A stretch of 55,454 nt of DNA from assembly GCA_045567955.1 (NCBI GenBank), contig JBJLBX010000031.1:1-55454 (forward strand), read 5' to 3'. The stretch comes from Candidatus Poseidoniales archaeon. GTDB taxonomy: Archaea; Thermoplasmatota; Poseidoniia; MGIII; CG-Epi1. Shown piece by piece: positions 19,087 to 28,176 of the stretch (positions are counted from its first letter, which is position 1; every line of letters starts with the position of its first letter). The position numbers were made by a program, and so were the translations under genes. The notes beneath the pieces were generated by a model. That model saw only the letters and a list, made by a program, of their open reading frames with translations, made no database searches and was not told the DNA's origin.

Positions 19087-19725
19087 TTGACTTTTGACAT
19101 AGAATGGTGGTGGAGTTTTCAAGAAGAAATATCAGAACAATTTGATTTTTCAAAATTTAGAGAGGAAGCTGCAGCTCGCTTAGTTTCCAATACAAAGCAA
19201 AATATTTCCTTAATTAAAGAACGTATAGAAGGCAATAACTTAATTTTAGTAGGGGCTGGTTTAAAGAACGATACAAAAATTCCAAATAAAAATATAATTG
19301 TAGCCGATGGTGCTTTACGAGCTTGCTTAGAGCAAGATATCACTCCCTCAATTGTTGTAACTGATTTGGATGGTTATATTCCTGATATCCTACATGCTCG
19401 TGAAAAAGGTTCTGAAATAGTATTACATGCTCATGGAGATAATATTGTTCGTGTTTTTCAATATATTTTAGAGATAAATCCCAATTGTATTACTACAACC
19501 TACCCCTCAGTCACTAGCAGTTGTTGGGGCGGTTTTACAGACGGTGATAGAGCACTAATGATGTCTTTATCATTAAATTGTAATACTGTGAAAATGATGG
19601 GTTTTGATTACAAAATTATTGGAGATTATTCAGGAGATTATAGTCCTAGAAAATTAGAAAAGTTGTTTTGGGCTAAAAAAATAGTCGAAGCTTGTCGAAA
19701 AAGAAGTAATAAAATAATAGCCTAA
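19087..19725 (+). CDS. mptE: 6-hydroxymethylpterin diphosphokinase MptE-like (DUF115/TPK fold)
   Basis: VADGA, VVTDLDG, LHAHGDN, GGFTDGDRA and GFD motifs. Confidence 0.85.
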   Translation: MTFDIEWWWSFQEEISEQFDFSKFREEAAARLVSNTKQNISLIKERIEGNNLILVGAGLKNDTKIPNKNIIVADGALRACLEQDITPSIVVTDLDGYIPDILHAREKGSEIVLHAHGDNIVRVFQYILEINPNCITTTYPSVTSSCWGGFTDGDRALMMSLSLNCNTVKMMGFDYKIIGDYSGDYSPRKLEKLFWAKKIVEACRKRSNKIIA

Positions 19726-20438
19726 TATCCAATTATTCGGATAAATGCATCTTCTAGATTGCTGACGCCAGTACTAGCTTGTATTTCGTTGACAGTTCCA
19801 ATTGCTTTTAGTTGTCCTTGATCAATAATTGCTATTCTATTGCATAATGATTCAGCCATTTCGATTATATGTGTAGAAAGTAGTACTGTCCTACCGTTTG
19901 CAGATAAGTTCTTAATCCAATCTTTCAAAATTTTAGTATATCTTGGATCAAGTCCACTTGCAGGTTCATCTAGTAAAACCATTTCTGGATCATGTATCAA
20001 AGTCATTGCAATAGCTAATTTTTGTCTCATTCCTTTTGAATAGGTGCCAACTTCATGATAAATTTGTTCACCTAGTCCTAGGGTTTTAGCATAATATTCA
20101 ATACGTTGCATAGTCATATCATTAGAAAGTTTACGTAAATTTCCGATTAGTTCTAATGTTTCAGCACCAGTAAGTTTATCATAAATTAAAGGATTTTCAG
20201 GTAAGTATCCCATCATAGATTTAGCTTTGAGTGGCATCCGTTGTAGATTTACACCCCCAATCTGAATTATTCCCCTTGTTGGTTTTAATAGTCCACACAT
20301 CATTTTGATTGTAGTTGATTTTCCTGCACCATTTGTTCCCAAAATCCCAAAGACTTCACCACGTTTTACTTCAAATGAGATATCTTTAGCAGCAGGCTTA
20401 CTGCCATAGTATTTGGTTAAACCCTCAACCTTAATCAT
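19722..20438 (-). CDS. ABC transporter ATP-binding protein (ABC-2 type), no adjacent permease
   Basis: GTNGAGKST, YSKGM, LLDEP and STH motifs. Confidence 0.93.
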   Translation of the reverse strand: MIKVEGLTKYYGSKPAAKDISFEVKRGEVFGILGTNGAGKSTTIKMMCGLLKPTRGIIQIGGVNLQRMPLKAKSMMGYLPENPLIYDKLTGAETLELIGNLRKLSNDMTMQRIEYYAKTLGLGEQIYHEVGTYSKGMRQKLAIAMTLIHDPEMVLLDEPASGLDPRYTKILKDWIKNLSANGRTVLLSTHIIEMAESLCNRIAIIDQGQLKAIGTVNEIQASTGVSNLEDAFIRIIGY

Positions 20439-20490
20439 TAATCCTATGTAGGATGCCTTAACTTAAGACCCCATGTCCATTAGTGATTAG

Positions 20491-20622
20491 ATGATTAAAA
20501 TAGAAGACTTAGCTTCTATCTTACAATATCCTATGGAGAAGGCGTCACTTCTTTCAGGCAATAAATCACGTAAGAAAATATTAAGGGCTATTTACTATCA
20601 AGAACAATATTGTCAAAATTAG
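20491..20622 (+). CDS. Putative unannotated 43-aa protein MIKIEDLASILQYPMEKASLLSGNKSRKKILRAIYYQEQYCQN
   Basis: ATG at 20491 to TAG at 20620-20622. CTTAAG lies 23 nt upstream (leaderless spacing). Fills the gap before the TOPRIM gene. Confidence 0.4.
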   Translation: MIKIEDLASILQYPMEKASLLSGNKSRKKILRAIYYQEQYCQN

Positions 20623-20640
20623 AGGAGATTATGAATAATC

Positions 20641-21054
20641 ATGGCTCAAAGTGATCAGCAGAAACGCTTAGATAAATTCAATTATATCATTGAGTCTCTT
20701 AATCACTCGACTGAAGTCATATTAGTTGAGGGTAAAAGAGACACAAAAGCATTGGAAGATTTAGGTTGTACGGGACATATTATAGAATTGAATAATGGAA
20801 AGTCCTTACTTTCAACAGTAGAATCATTAGTTGAATTACACTCTTCTAAATCATTTATCATTTTAACAGATTGGGATAGAACTGGTAATATTTTAGCTGA
20901 AAAGTTAAAACGGTACGGAGAATCCTGTGATTTGGTGGCCAATATGATAGTTAGAGATGAATTAATTTTAATCGGTTCCAATGATATAACTTGTGTAGAA
21001 GAGTTGCCTACATTAATTAATAAATTTAGAAGAGAAACTAAAGCATACCGTTAA
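20641..21054 (+). CDS. Small stand-alone TOPRIM-domain protein
   Basis: ILVEGKRD..AL and ILTDWDRTG motifs. Confidence 0.88.
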   Translation: MAQSDQQKRLDKFNYIIESLNHSTEVILVEGKRDTKALEDLGCTGHIIELNNGKSLLSTVESLVELHSSKSFIILTDWDRTGNILAEKLKRYGESCDLVANMIVRDELILIGSNDITCVEELPTLINKFRRETKAYR

Positions 21055-21077
21055 TAATCCATATTTTATCTTAAATT

Positions 21078-22610
21078 ATGGTAATGTCTACCGACTTTAA
21101 TTTAAAGTCTCAAATTAAAAATCCCAATATAGACACTTCACTTTCTAAGCTTCTTGATATTAGAGAAAATAGTGGTGAACCTGATACTACTGGTATTTTA
21201 GATTCAGAAATTATTAACTTTCTTTCTATAGACAAAAAATTATCAATAGCAATTAATGAAGCTCATTCTTACCATCTGAAGCTCCGTAAGGAGATGGGAA
21301 ATATTTTATTAAAGAATGAAAAAAAGTTAGTTGAAGAACTTCAAAATGGTTATATCAATTTTTATGCTCCAGCCACAGTAAATCCATACGTTGCTATTGC
21401 AGGCAAAGGTCCTTGGATAATCACTGCTTATGGTGCAGTTTTACATGATAATGGTGGTTATGGGATGTTAGGCGCAGGCCACGGCCCTGAGAAGGTGATA
21501 GATACAATGTCTGGAAATTGGGTAATGGCCAATGTGATGACGCCTTCTTTTTCACAGCATCGTCTTGTAGAACGTTTACGTAAAGAATTAGGCCATACTA
21601 GAGGAAATTGTCCTTTTAGCCATTTTATTTGTATGAATAGTGGTTCAGAATCAGTTACAGTAAGTCTTCGTATAGCTGATGCAAATTCAAATACACTTAC
21701 ATCTCCAGGTTCACGCCATGAAGGTAAAGAAATTAAGTTACTTGCAATTGAGCAAGGGTTTCATGGACGTACAGATAGACCTGCACAATTATCACATTCT
21801 TGTAAGGACAGTTATGATAAAAATTTAGCATCTTTTAGAGATAGAGATAATCTCTTTTTAGTTCCATCTAATGATGTTGATGCACTTAGAAGAGTTTTTA
21901 CTGAGGCAGATAAGAATAATGTTTTTATCGAATTAATGGCAATAGAGCCAGTTCAGGGTGAAGGCAATCCAGGTCAATGTATTACTAGAGAATTCTATGA
22001 TGAAGCTCGAAAATTAACTAAAGAGCATGGATCTTTATTATTAGTAGATTCAATTCAGGCAGGAATTAGAGGTCAAGGTTGTTTATCAATTATTGATTAT
22101 GATGGTTTTCAAGATTGTGAAGTTCCAGATTTGGAAACATGGTCTAAAGCTATGAATGCTGGACAATATCCACTCTCAGTATTAGGTATGAATCCAAGAG
22201 CTTCAGAGATTTATGTAACTGGTATTTATGGGAATACAATGACGACAAATCCAAGAGCTTTAGAAACTGCGATAACTGTTCTCGATAATATAACTCCGCA
22301 ACTAAGACAGAACATAAGAGATAGAGGTGTTGAATTTGTAGAAAAATTGAATATCCTTTCTGAAGAATTCCCAGAATATATTATTAAAGTCCAAGGTACT
22401 GGTTTATTGTGTAGCGTTGAATTAAGACCCGATATTCTTCCAGTTATAGGTTTTGAAGCCGTCGAGCCTTGGTGCCGCCGTCGAGGTCTTGGTGTAATCC
22501 ATGGTGGGAAAAATGCACTTCGTTTTACTCCCCATTTTGAGATAACATCTGAAGAAATAGATTTGATAATAGCAATTATCAGAGAAGCAATTATAAATTT
22601 TACAAAATAA
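21078..22610 (+). CDS. lat: Class-III PLP aminotransferase, L-lysine 6-aminotransferase-like (Flavobacterium lutescens/Xanthomonadales type)
   Basis: Long N-terminal extension; NFY....VNPYVA...GPW, GGYGMLG.GH, GHTRG.CPFSHF.C.NSGSE, FHGRT, EPV.GEG, DSIQAG, WSKA, GNTMTTNPRAL. Matches my recollection of the F. lutescens LAT sequence. Confidence 0.75.
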   Translation: MVMSTDFNLKSQIKNPNIDTSLSKLLDIRENSGEPDTTGILDSEIINFLSIDKKLSIAINEAHSYHLKLRKEMGNILLKNEKKLVEELQNGYINFYAPATVNPYVAIAGKGPWIITAYGAVLHDNGGYGMLGAGHGPEKVIDTMSGNWVMANVMTPSFSQHRLVERLRKELGHTRGNCPFSHFICMNSGSESVTVSLRIADANSNTLTSPGSRHEGKEIKLLAIEQGFHGRTDRPAQLSHSCKDSYDKNLASFRDRDNLFLVPSNDVDALRRVFTEADKNNVFIELMAIEPVQGEGNPGQCITREFYDEARKLTKEHGSLLLVDSIQAGIRGQGCLSIIDYDGFQDCEVPDLETWSKAMNAGQYPLSVLGMNPRASEIYVTGIYGNTMTTNPRALETAITVLDNITPQLRQNIRDRGVEFVEKLNILSEEFPEYIIKVQGTGLLCSVELRPDILPVIGFEAVEPWCRRRGLGVIHGGKNALRFTPHFEITSEEIDLIIAIIREAIINFTK

Positions 22611-22613
22611 ATT

Positions 22614-24137
22614 TTAATTTAATTTAGTTCCTAATCCTTCTTCTACTGCAGTTATAATTTCATTAGATTTAAGTAATTTTACCATAGCATTATGATCACG
22701 GTAAAGAGGCCTATCTTCATCTAGGTAGTCTACATATTTTCTTATGACACTGTGGGCAATTGATGTGCCTTTACCAAGTTTTCCACCTCTTATATCCAAT
22801 GCTTGAGCAGCCGCCATCATTTCAATGCCTAATACTCCGAAACAATTGTCCATTATTTGCTTTGCTTTCTGACATGTAGTTAAACCCATAGAAACAAAGT
22901 CTTCTTGATCTGCAGCCGCAGGAATTGATTGATTTGCAGCAGGATGTGATAATATCTTAGCTTCTACTATTAATGCATCTGCAGTGTACTGTGAAAGCAT
23001 CATTCCCGAATGTAAACCTGGTTTTTCAGTTAGAAATGGAGGTAATCCAACAGATAAAGCAGGATTTGTTAATCGATTTAATCTTCTTTCAGATAAAACT
23101 GCAACCATACTGAGTCCAGTACCAATCATTTCCATTGGTAAAGCAACGGGACTTCCTTGGAAGTTTGCTCCAGTCAATACTTCTTTTTCATATGTTAAAA
23201 AGATAGGATTATCTCCAACACCATTTAGCTCAGTTTCTACTTGTTTTCTTGCAAATTCTAAAGAATCTCTAAGAGTTCCAGCCACTTGTGGTGTTGATCT
23301 CATAGAATAAGCATCCTGAACTTTTTTTTCACCACTAAACAATATCTCAGATTCAGCAGTCAATAAATTTAAATTTGCAGCTATTTTTTGTGAACCTTTG
23401 AAGCCTCTTAGAGTATGTATTCTCTTATCATATGGTTTCATGTTGGCCTTTAATGCTTCTAATGTCATAGCTGCAGCAATGTCGTGCATTTTCATCCATC
23501 GTTCAGCATCGTACAATATAATTGCAGCCAATGCAGTAAGAACATTACTTCCATTAATTAGTGATAATCCATCTCTTGCTTCAAGTTCTAAAGGGTCTAA
23601 ACCAATATTTTTCAAAGCAGTTTTAGAATCTGTAATTTCTCCATCTACAAACATTTCTCCCTCTCCCATTAATGCTAATGCAATTTGAGACATTGGAGCT
23701 AGATCTCCACAGGCTCCAACTGAACCTTTTTCACAAACAACTGGCGTAATTTGGTGATTTAATGCATCTCTAAGATATTCAGTTATTTGTCGACGTCCTC
23801 CAGAATGGCCTTTAGTATGTACATTGATACGGCCACACATTGCCCCCCTTACAATTTCAATATCCATAGGTTCACCAATACCAGCAGCGTGATTTCGAAC
23901 TAAGAATTTTTGAAATTCTTGGGTTTGTTCTGGTGTTAATGTTACTTCTGAAAATTCACCAATACCTGTAGTTATTCCATACATAGTTTCATGGGCTTCA
24001 ATTTTATCTTGAAGCATATTTCTACACTCCTCTATTCTTTCCCAAGAGTCTTTAGTAACTTCTATATTTTCATTGTTTCGGGCAACATTTACTAACTTAT
24101 TGATGGTTAAAGAATTCCCATCTAGGGATACAGTCAT
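22614..24137 (-). CDS. hutH: Histidine ammonia-lyase family protein with Ala-Cys-Gly MIO motif
   Basis: YGITTGIG, NHAAGIG, GSVGACGDLAP, GLSLING, QDAYSMRSTPQV, DNP, ANFQG, QEDFVSMG motifs. Confidence 0.85.
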   Translation of the reverse strand: MTVSLDGNSLTINKLVNVARNNENIEVTKDSWERIEECRNMLQDKIEAHETMYGITTGIGEFSEVTLTPEQTQEFQKFLVRNHAAGIGEPMDIEIVRGAMCGRINVHTKGHSGGRRQITEYLRDALNHQITPVVCEKGSVGACGDLAPMSQIALALMGEGEMFVDGEITDSKTALKNIGLDPLELEARDGLSLINGSNVLTALAAIILYDAERWMKMHDIAAAMTLEALKANMKPYDKRIHTLRGFKGSQKIAANLNLLTAESEILFSGEKKVQDAYSMRSTPQVAGTLRDSLEFARKQVETELNGVGDNPIFLTYEKEVLTGANFQGSPVALPMEMIGTGLSMVAVLSERRLNRLTNPALSVGLPPFLTEKPGLHSGMMLSQYTADALIVEAKILSHPAANQSIPAAADQEDFVSMGLTTCQKAKQIMDNCFGVLGIEMMAAAQALDIRGGKLGKGTSIAHSVIRKYVDYLDEDRPLYRDHNAMVKLLKSNEIITAVEEGLGTKLN

Positions 24138-24151
24138 TATTAGCTAATAAT
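24136..24151. promoter_or_regulatory. Perfect 16-bp palindrome overlapping the hutH start codon
   Basis: ATTATTAGCTAATAAT. Confidence 0.4.
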
Positions 24152-24211
24152 TAGGTATTAAATAAACTTCTTAGGCTTAGAATTCTTTTTATTGGCGTTT
24201 CATAGGGCATT

Positions 24212-25333
24212 GTGTCTTCAACTGATAAACAAGTTATAGAACTGAAAAGTGATGCCGCATCTTATTCAAAATTAGGTGATTTTTCTAAAGCACAGAAGAT
24301 GATTAAGAAAGCATTAGAACTTGATCCCGAGAGTAAAAATTTAGTTCATGAATTAGCTAAACTAAACTTAAAGTCTAAAAATTATGAAGTATCACTTAAA
24401 CTTTTATTAGATTTAGAAGAGCGGATATCTAAAAAAAATATTTTGTACAAAGATATAGGTTTAGCTTATTCAGGACTGGGAAACTTAGAAAAAGCACTTT
24501 ATTTCTCAGATAAATCATTGCAAGAGAGTCAAGAATATATTGAAGCCCAAATGCTCAAGGGGAAAACTCTTCGTGAGTTAGAAAATTATGATGAAGCAAT
24601 GATTCTTTTTGACAAGATTTTATCAAAAGATTCAAATTACAGAGATGCATTATATCAAAAGGGCAAGATTAATCATGATTTGGGCAATTACCGTGAAGCA
24701 CTTGATTTATTTGATAAAGTATTAGCACTTAGTCCTAGAGACACAGAAGTTTTGGAGGCAAAAGGTCTTTCACATGATGAATTAGATGAATATAAAGAAG
24801 CTTCAGAAGCAATTATGAAGAGTCGAACTGTAGAAAATGAGACTATTTACAATGATAGAGGAGTAGCATTAACTCGTTTAGGATATAATCACAAAGCAAT
24901 AGATAGTTATCGTAGAGCACTTTCTTCCAATCCTAAATATGCAGTTTGTTGGTTTAATTTAGGTAAAGCCCTTTTCCGTGTTGGTGATCTTCAAGAAGCT
25001 CTAAAGGCTTTCAAACAATCTACAGAGTTAAACCCCAAAAATAGGAGTGCCTGGAATAATAGGGGAGTAACTCTCCGTCAACTTAACAGATTAGAAGAGT
25101 CTTTAGATTGTTATGATAGAGCTATTGCACTTAAAAAAAGTTATTCATGGGCATGGCACAATAAGGGATATGTTTTAGAATTATTAGATAGGCCACGTGA
25201 ATCGTTGGACTGTTATCAAGAAGCTTTGAAGCATAAACCAAGCTCAAATGAGCATGGTGGTGACGAATGGAATAAGCTTAAGAGAGATACAAATAAGGCT
25301 ATTGAAAGAATTAATAAAATAATAGGGGAATAA
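24212..25333 (+). CDS. TPR-repeat protein
   Basis: About 9 TPRs, e.g. AWNNRGVTLRQLNRLEESLDCYDRAI. Confidence 0.9.
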   Translation: MSSTDKQVIELKSDAASYSKLGDFSKAQKMIKKALELDPESKNLVHELAKLNLKSKNYEVSLKLLLDLEERISKKNILYKDIGLAYSGLGNLEKALYFSDKSLQESQEYIEAQMLKGKTLRELENYDEAMILFDKILSKDSNYRDALYQKGKINHDLGNYREALDLFDKVLALSPRDTEVLEAKGLSHDELDEYKEASEAIMKSRTVENETIYNDRGVALTRLGYNHKAIDSYRRALSSNPKYAVCWFNLGKALFRVGDLQEALKAFKQSTELNPKNRSAWNNRGVTLRQLNRLEESLDCYDRAIALKKSYSWAWHNKGYVLELLDRPRESLDCYQEALKHKPSSNEHGGDEWNKLKRDTNKAIERINKIIGE

Positions 25334-25334
25334 T

Positions 25335-27062
25335 TTGGATATCATAGAAATAATTGAAGCTGGTGAAAATTATTTGGAAAATGACGATGTTCATCAAGCT
25401 CATAAACAATTTTTGAAAGCCTTGAATTTAGTCCCAGAGGATCCACAAATGCATAATCGTCTCGGTATGTTTGAGATGGCACGAGATAATCCTGAAAAAG
25501 CTAAAAGTTATTATCAAGAAGCATGCCGTTTAGCTCCTGATGTCTCCCGTTATCACATGAGATTAGGAGATTCATTGCAACGTTTAAGTAGATATGAAGA
25601 TGCAATTAGCTCATATTCCAGATCACTTGAATTAGAACCTAAGAATGCACCAGCATGGAATAATAGAGGTTTTGCAAATTTCAATATAAATAGATGGAAT
25701 GAAGCTCTTCGATGCTATGACGAATCAATGCGCTCAGATCCTACATATGCGGTTGCATGGTATAATTATGGTTATACACTTCAATTATCAGGTCGTTTGA
25801 ACGAGTCTAAAGATTTTTACCAAAAAGCAGTTGATTTAGACCCAACCGATAAGATTGCTTGGAATAATCTAGCAAATGTTCATTATAATCAAGGTCAGTA
25901 CGAAAGGAGTATTGAAATTTATAAAAAATCATTACAATTGGATAGTAATTATGTAATTGCAGTTAATAATATTGGTAATGCACTTGATCACCTTCATAGA
26001 TACGAAGAGTCTATCCCTTATCATGAAAGTGCAATTGAATTAGATTCAACATTTCACTATGCGTGGATGGCTAAAGGCCGGGCTCTTACTAAATTAAATA
26101 GAGCTGAAGAAGGATTGGAATTCATAGAAACATCTATTGAATTAGATTCCGAAGATCCGGATTATTATGAAGCATTAGGTCGATGTTTTATTGAACTTGG
26201 GCTTTTAGATAAAGCTAGAGATATTTTGAATCAAGGATTAGCCAAAGATGGACAACATGTACCATGTTGGATTGCACTCGGTGATGTAAATACACAATTA
26301 AAAAATCATAGACAATCATTGCAATGCTATGATGAGGCTGTGCGTGCACAAGATATACTTTCAAGAAATAGAATGAGGGATTTAGATTGGATTGAAAAGG
26401 GTCGAATTTTGCATGAGGCTGGAGTATTACATGAAGGATTAAGACAATATACTAATGCAATAAATGTGGCCGTATCAACTAGTAGACCTTATTTTAGGAT
26501 GGCCGAAGTGTTAATCAATGATGATAGATATGAAGATGCCAAAAAAGTTGTAGAGAAGGGATTAGCAGTAGATCCAGATTCAATTACAGGTCATAGTTTA
26601 TTAGTTCAATCTTTGAATCCATCAGAAATTGATTCAGATATAGAGAATTTAATTTCAAAGTCTCAGGGTTCAAAAAAGATATGGAGTTTACTTGGTTCTA
26701 AACTGGTTGATGTTAACCCATCTAAGGCTTTAGAACTTTTAGGTAATGATAATTTTAAAGATATTATGAATAGGATTGTCTGTTTCAAGAATTTAAATGA
26801 TGATGAGATGGCTTTAAAGTTAGCAAAACAGGCTATTACTATTGAGCCAGATAATGTAAATTCATGGATAGCTGCAGGTTGGAGTGCTTACGATTTAGAA
26901 AGATACAAAGACGCTGACAATTTCTTTGATTCTGCGTTGGGATGTGATATATCTTGTCCAGATGCTTTGTTTGGGAAGGCTTCAGTTATGAAAATTACAG
27001 GTAGGGATTATTCACATTATCAAAAAGCTTTGGCTGATATTGATTTAGAATTAATTATTTAG
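25335..27062 (+). CDS. TPR-repeat protein
   Basis: More than 12 TPRs, e.g. AWNNRG, AWYNYG, AWNNLA; no catalytic domain recognised. Confidence 0.9.
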   Translation: MDIIEIIEAGENYLENDDVHQAHKQFLKALNLVPEDPQMHNRLGMFEMARDNPEKAKSYYQEACRLAPDVSRYHMRLGDSLQRLSRYEDAISSYSRSLELEPKNAPAWNNRGFANFNINRWNEALRCYDESMRSDPTYAVAWYNYGYTLQLSGRLNESKDFYQKAVDLDPTDKIAWNNLANVHYNQGQYERSIEIYKKSLQLDSNYVIAVNNIGNALDHLHRYEESIPYHESAIELDSTFHYAWMAKGRALTKLNRAEEGLEFIETSIELDSEDPDYYEALGRCFIELGLLDKARDILNQGLAKDGQHVPCWIALGDVNTQLKNHRQSLQCYDEAVRAQDILSRNRMRDLDWIEKGRILHEAGVLHEGLRQYTNAINVAVSTSRPYFRMAEVLINDDRYEDAKKVVEKGLAVDPDSITGHSLLVQSLNPSEIDSDIENLISKSQGSKKIWSLLGSKLVDVNPSKALELLGNDNFKDIMNRIVCFKNLNDDEMALKLAKQAITIEPDNVNSWIAAGWSAYDLERYKDADNFFDSALGCDISCPDALFGKASVMKITGRDYSHYQKALADIDLELII

Positions 27063-28176
27063 AGATTAATTCTAAAAATATAGTTTCAATATCTTTTGAG
27101 ACTTTCTTCCAAGAAAACATTTTTTCAACTCTTTCTCTTCCTCTTTTACCCATTTGTTTTGCCATTTCAGGATAGCTCCAAATTTTCTCTAAAGCTTCAG
27201 CTATGGCCTCAGGGTCTAATGGTTCTACAATGAAACCTTCTTCCGAAGATATAACTTCTCTTACTCCAGGAATATCACTAAGAATTAGGGGTTTCCCAGT
27301 CGCCATCCCTTCCAATCCTACAATGCCAAAGGCTTCTAGTCTAGATGTCGAAGGCAGAATTACAACATCTGTTGCAGCATAATAGGCTGGAAGCCAATAA
27401 TCGGAGATAGGCCCAACAAAGACAACTCTATTTTCTAAGTTCAGTTTTTTTGTTAATTTTTTTAACCAAGATAAATAAGGCCCATCACCAATAATTAATA
27501 GTTTTCCATTATCAGTGTAATTTATCGCCCTTATTAATATGCCAATTCCTTTGTGAGGTACTAATCTTCCAACAAAGAGTGCAAGAGGTTCATCATTAGT
27601 GGCATATTTTTCCCTAATAAAATCACCTTCATTTGTGGGATGAAAGCGATCAATATCAACAGCATTTGGTACAACATCTACATTAATATCCCACAAACTT
27701 CTGGAGGTCGTAGCATAGCTATTTGTCGTCGAAATCACTCGATCGGCAGCTTTCAACGGATATTTTCCTAACATACTTTGATACAAATTCACTGCAGCTT
27801 TTCCAAATATTCCTTTTAGTTCTAAATCACAATGGTGAGTCACTACTAGTGGTTTATTCGATTCTTTTGCTCCTTTAGCAGCAAATCTTTCAGTAAATGG
27901 CGGTGGTGAATGGACATGAACAATATCAGCATGACTCCTTCTCACAAAAGTTTGAATAGCAGTTACAAGAGGAGTATTATACAAATTAATCCATTGAGGT
28001 AATCTAGTTATTTTTATTCCATTAAGATTCTCAGTTTCAGGCATTCTACTGTATCTAGAAGTGGCAACTTCTACATCATGTCCTAATTTAATTAAATTTT
28101 CACAAAGTCCAAGAACATGCGATTCTACACCTCCGAAATGTGGGTGGAAATATGGAGTCACTTGTAATATGTGCAT
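27055..28176 (-). CDS. GT4-family glycosyltransferase
   Basis: GGVE, FVGRLVPHKG, EAFGIVGLEGMATGKP motifs. Confidence 0.93.
   Translation of the reverse strand: MHILQVTPYFHPHFGGVESHVLGLCENLIKLGHDVEVATSRYSRMPETENLNGIKITRLPQWINLYNTPLVTAIQTFVRRSHADIVHVHSPPPFTERFAAKGAKESNKPLVVTHHCDLELKGIFGKAAVNLYQSMLGKYPLKAADRVISTTNSYATTSRSLWDINVDVVPNAVDIDRFHPTNEGDFIREKYATNDEPLALFVGRLVPHKGIGILIRAINYTDNGKLLIIGDGPYLSWLKKLTKKLNLENRVVFVGPISDYWLPAYYAATDVVILPSTSRLEAFGIVGLEGMATGKPLILSDIPGVREVISSEEGFIVEPLDPEAIAEALEKIWSYPEMAKQMGKRGRERVEKMFSWKKVSKDIETIFLELISK

Noticed and set aside
19087-19725. MptE as evidence of methanogenesis
   Set aside because: MptE is the general archaeal FolK replacement; no methanogenesis genes are in the window.
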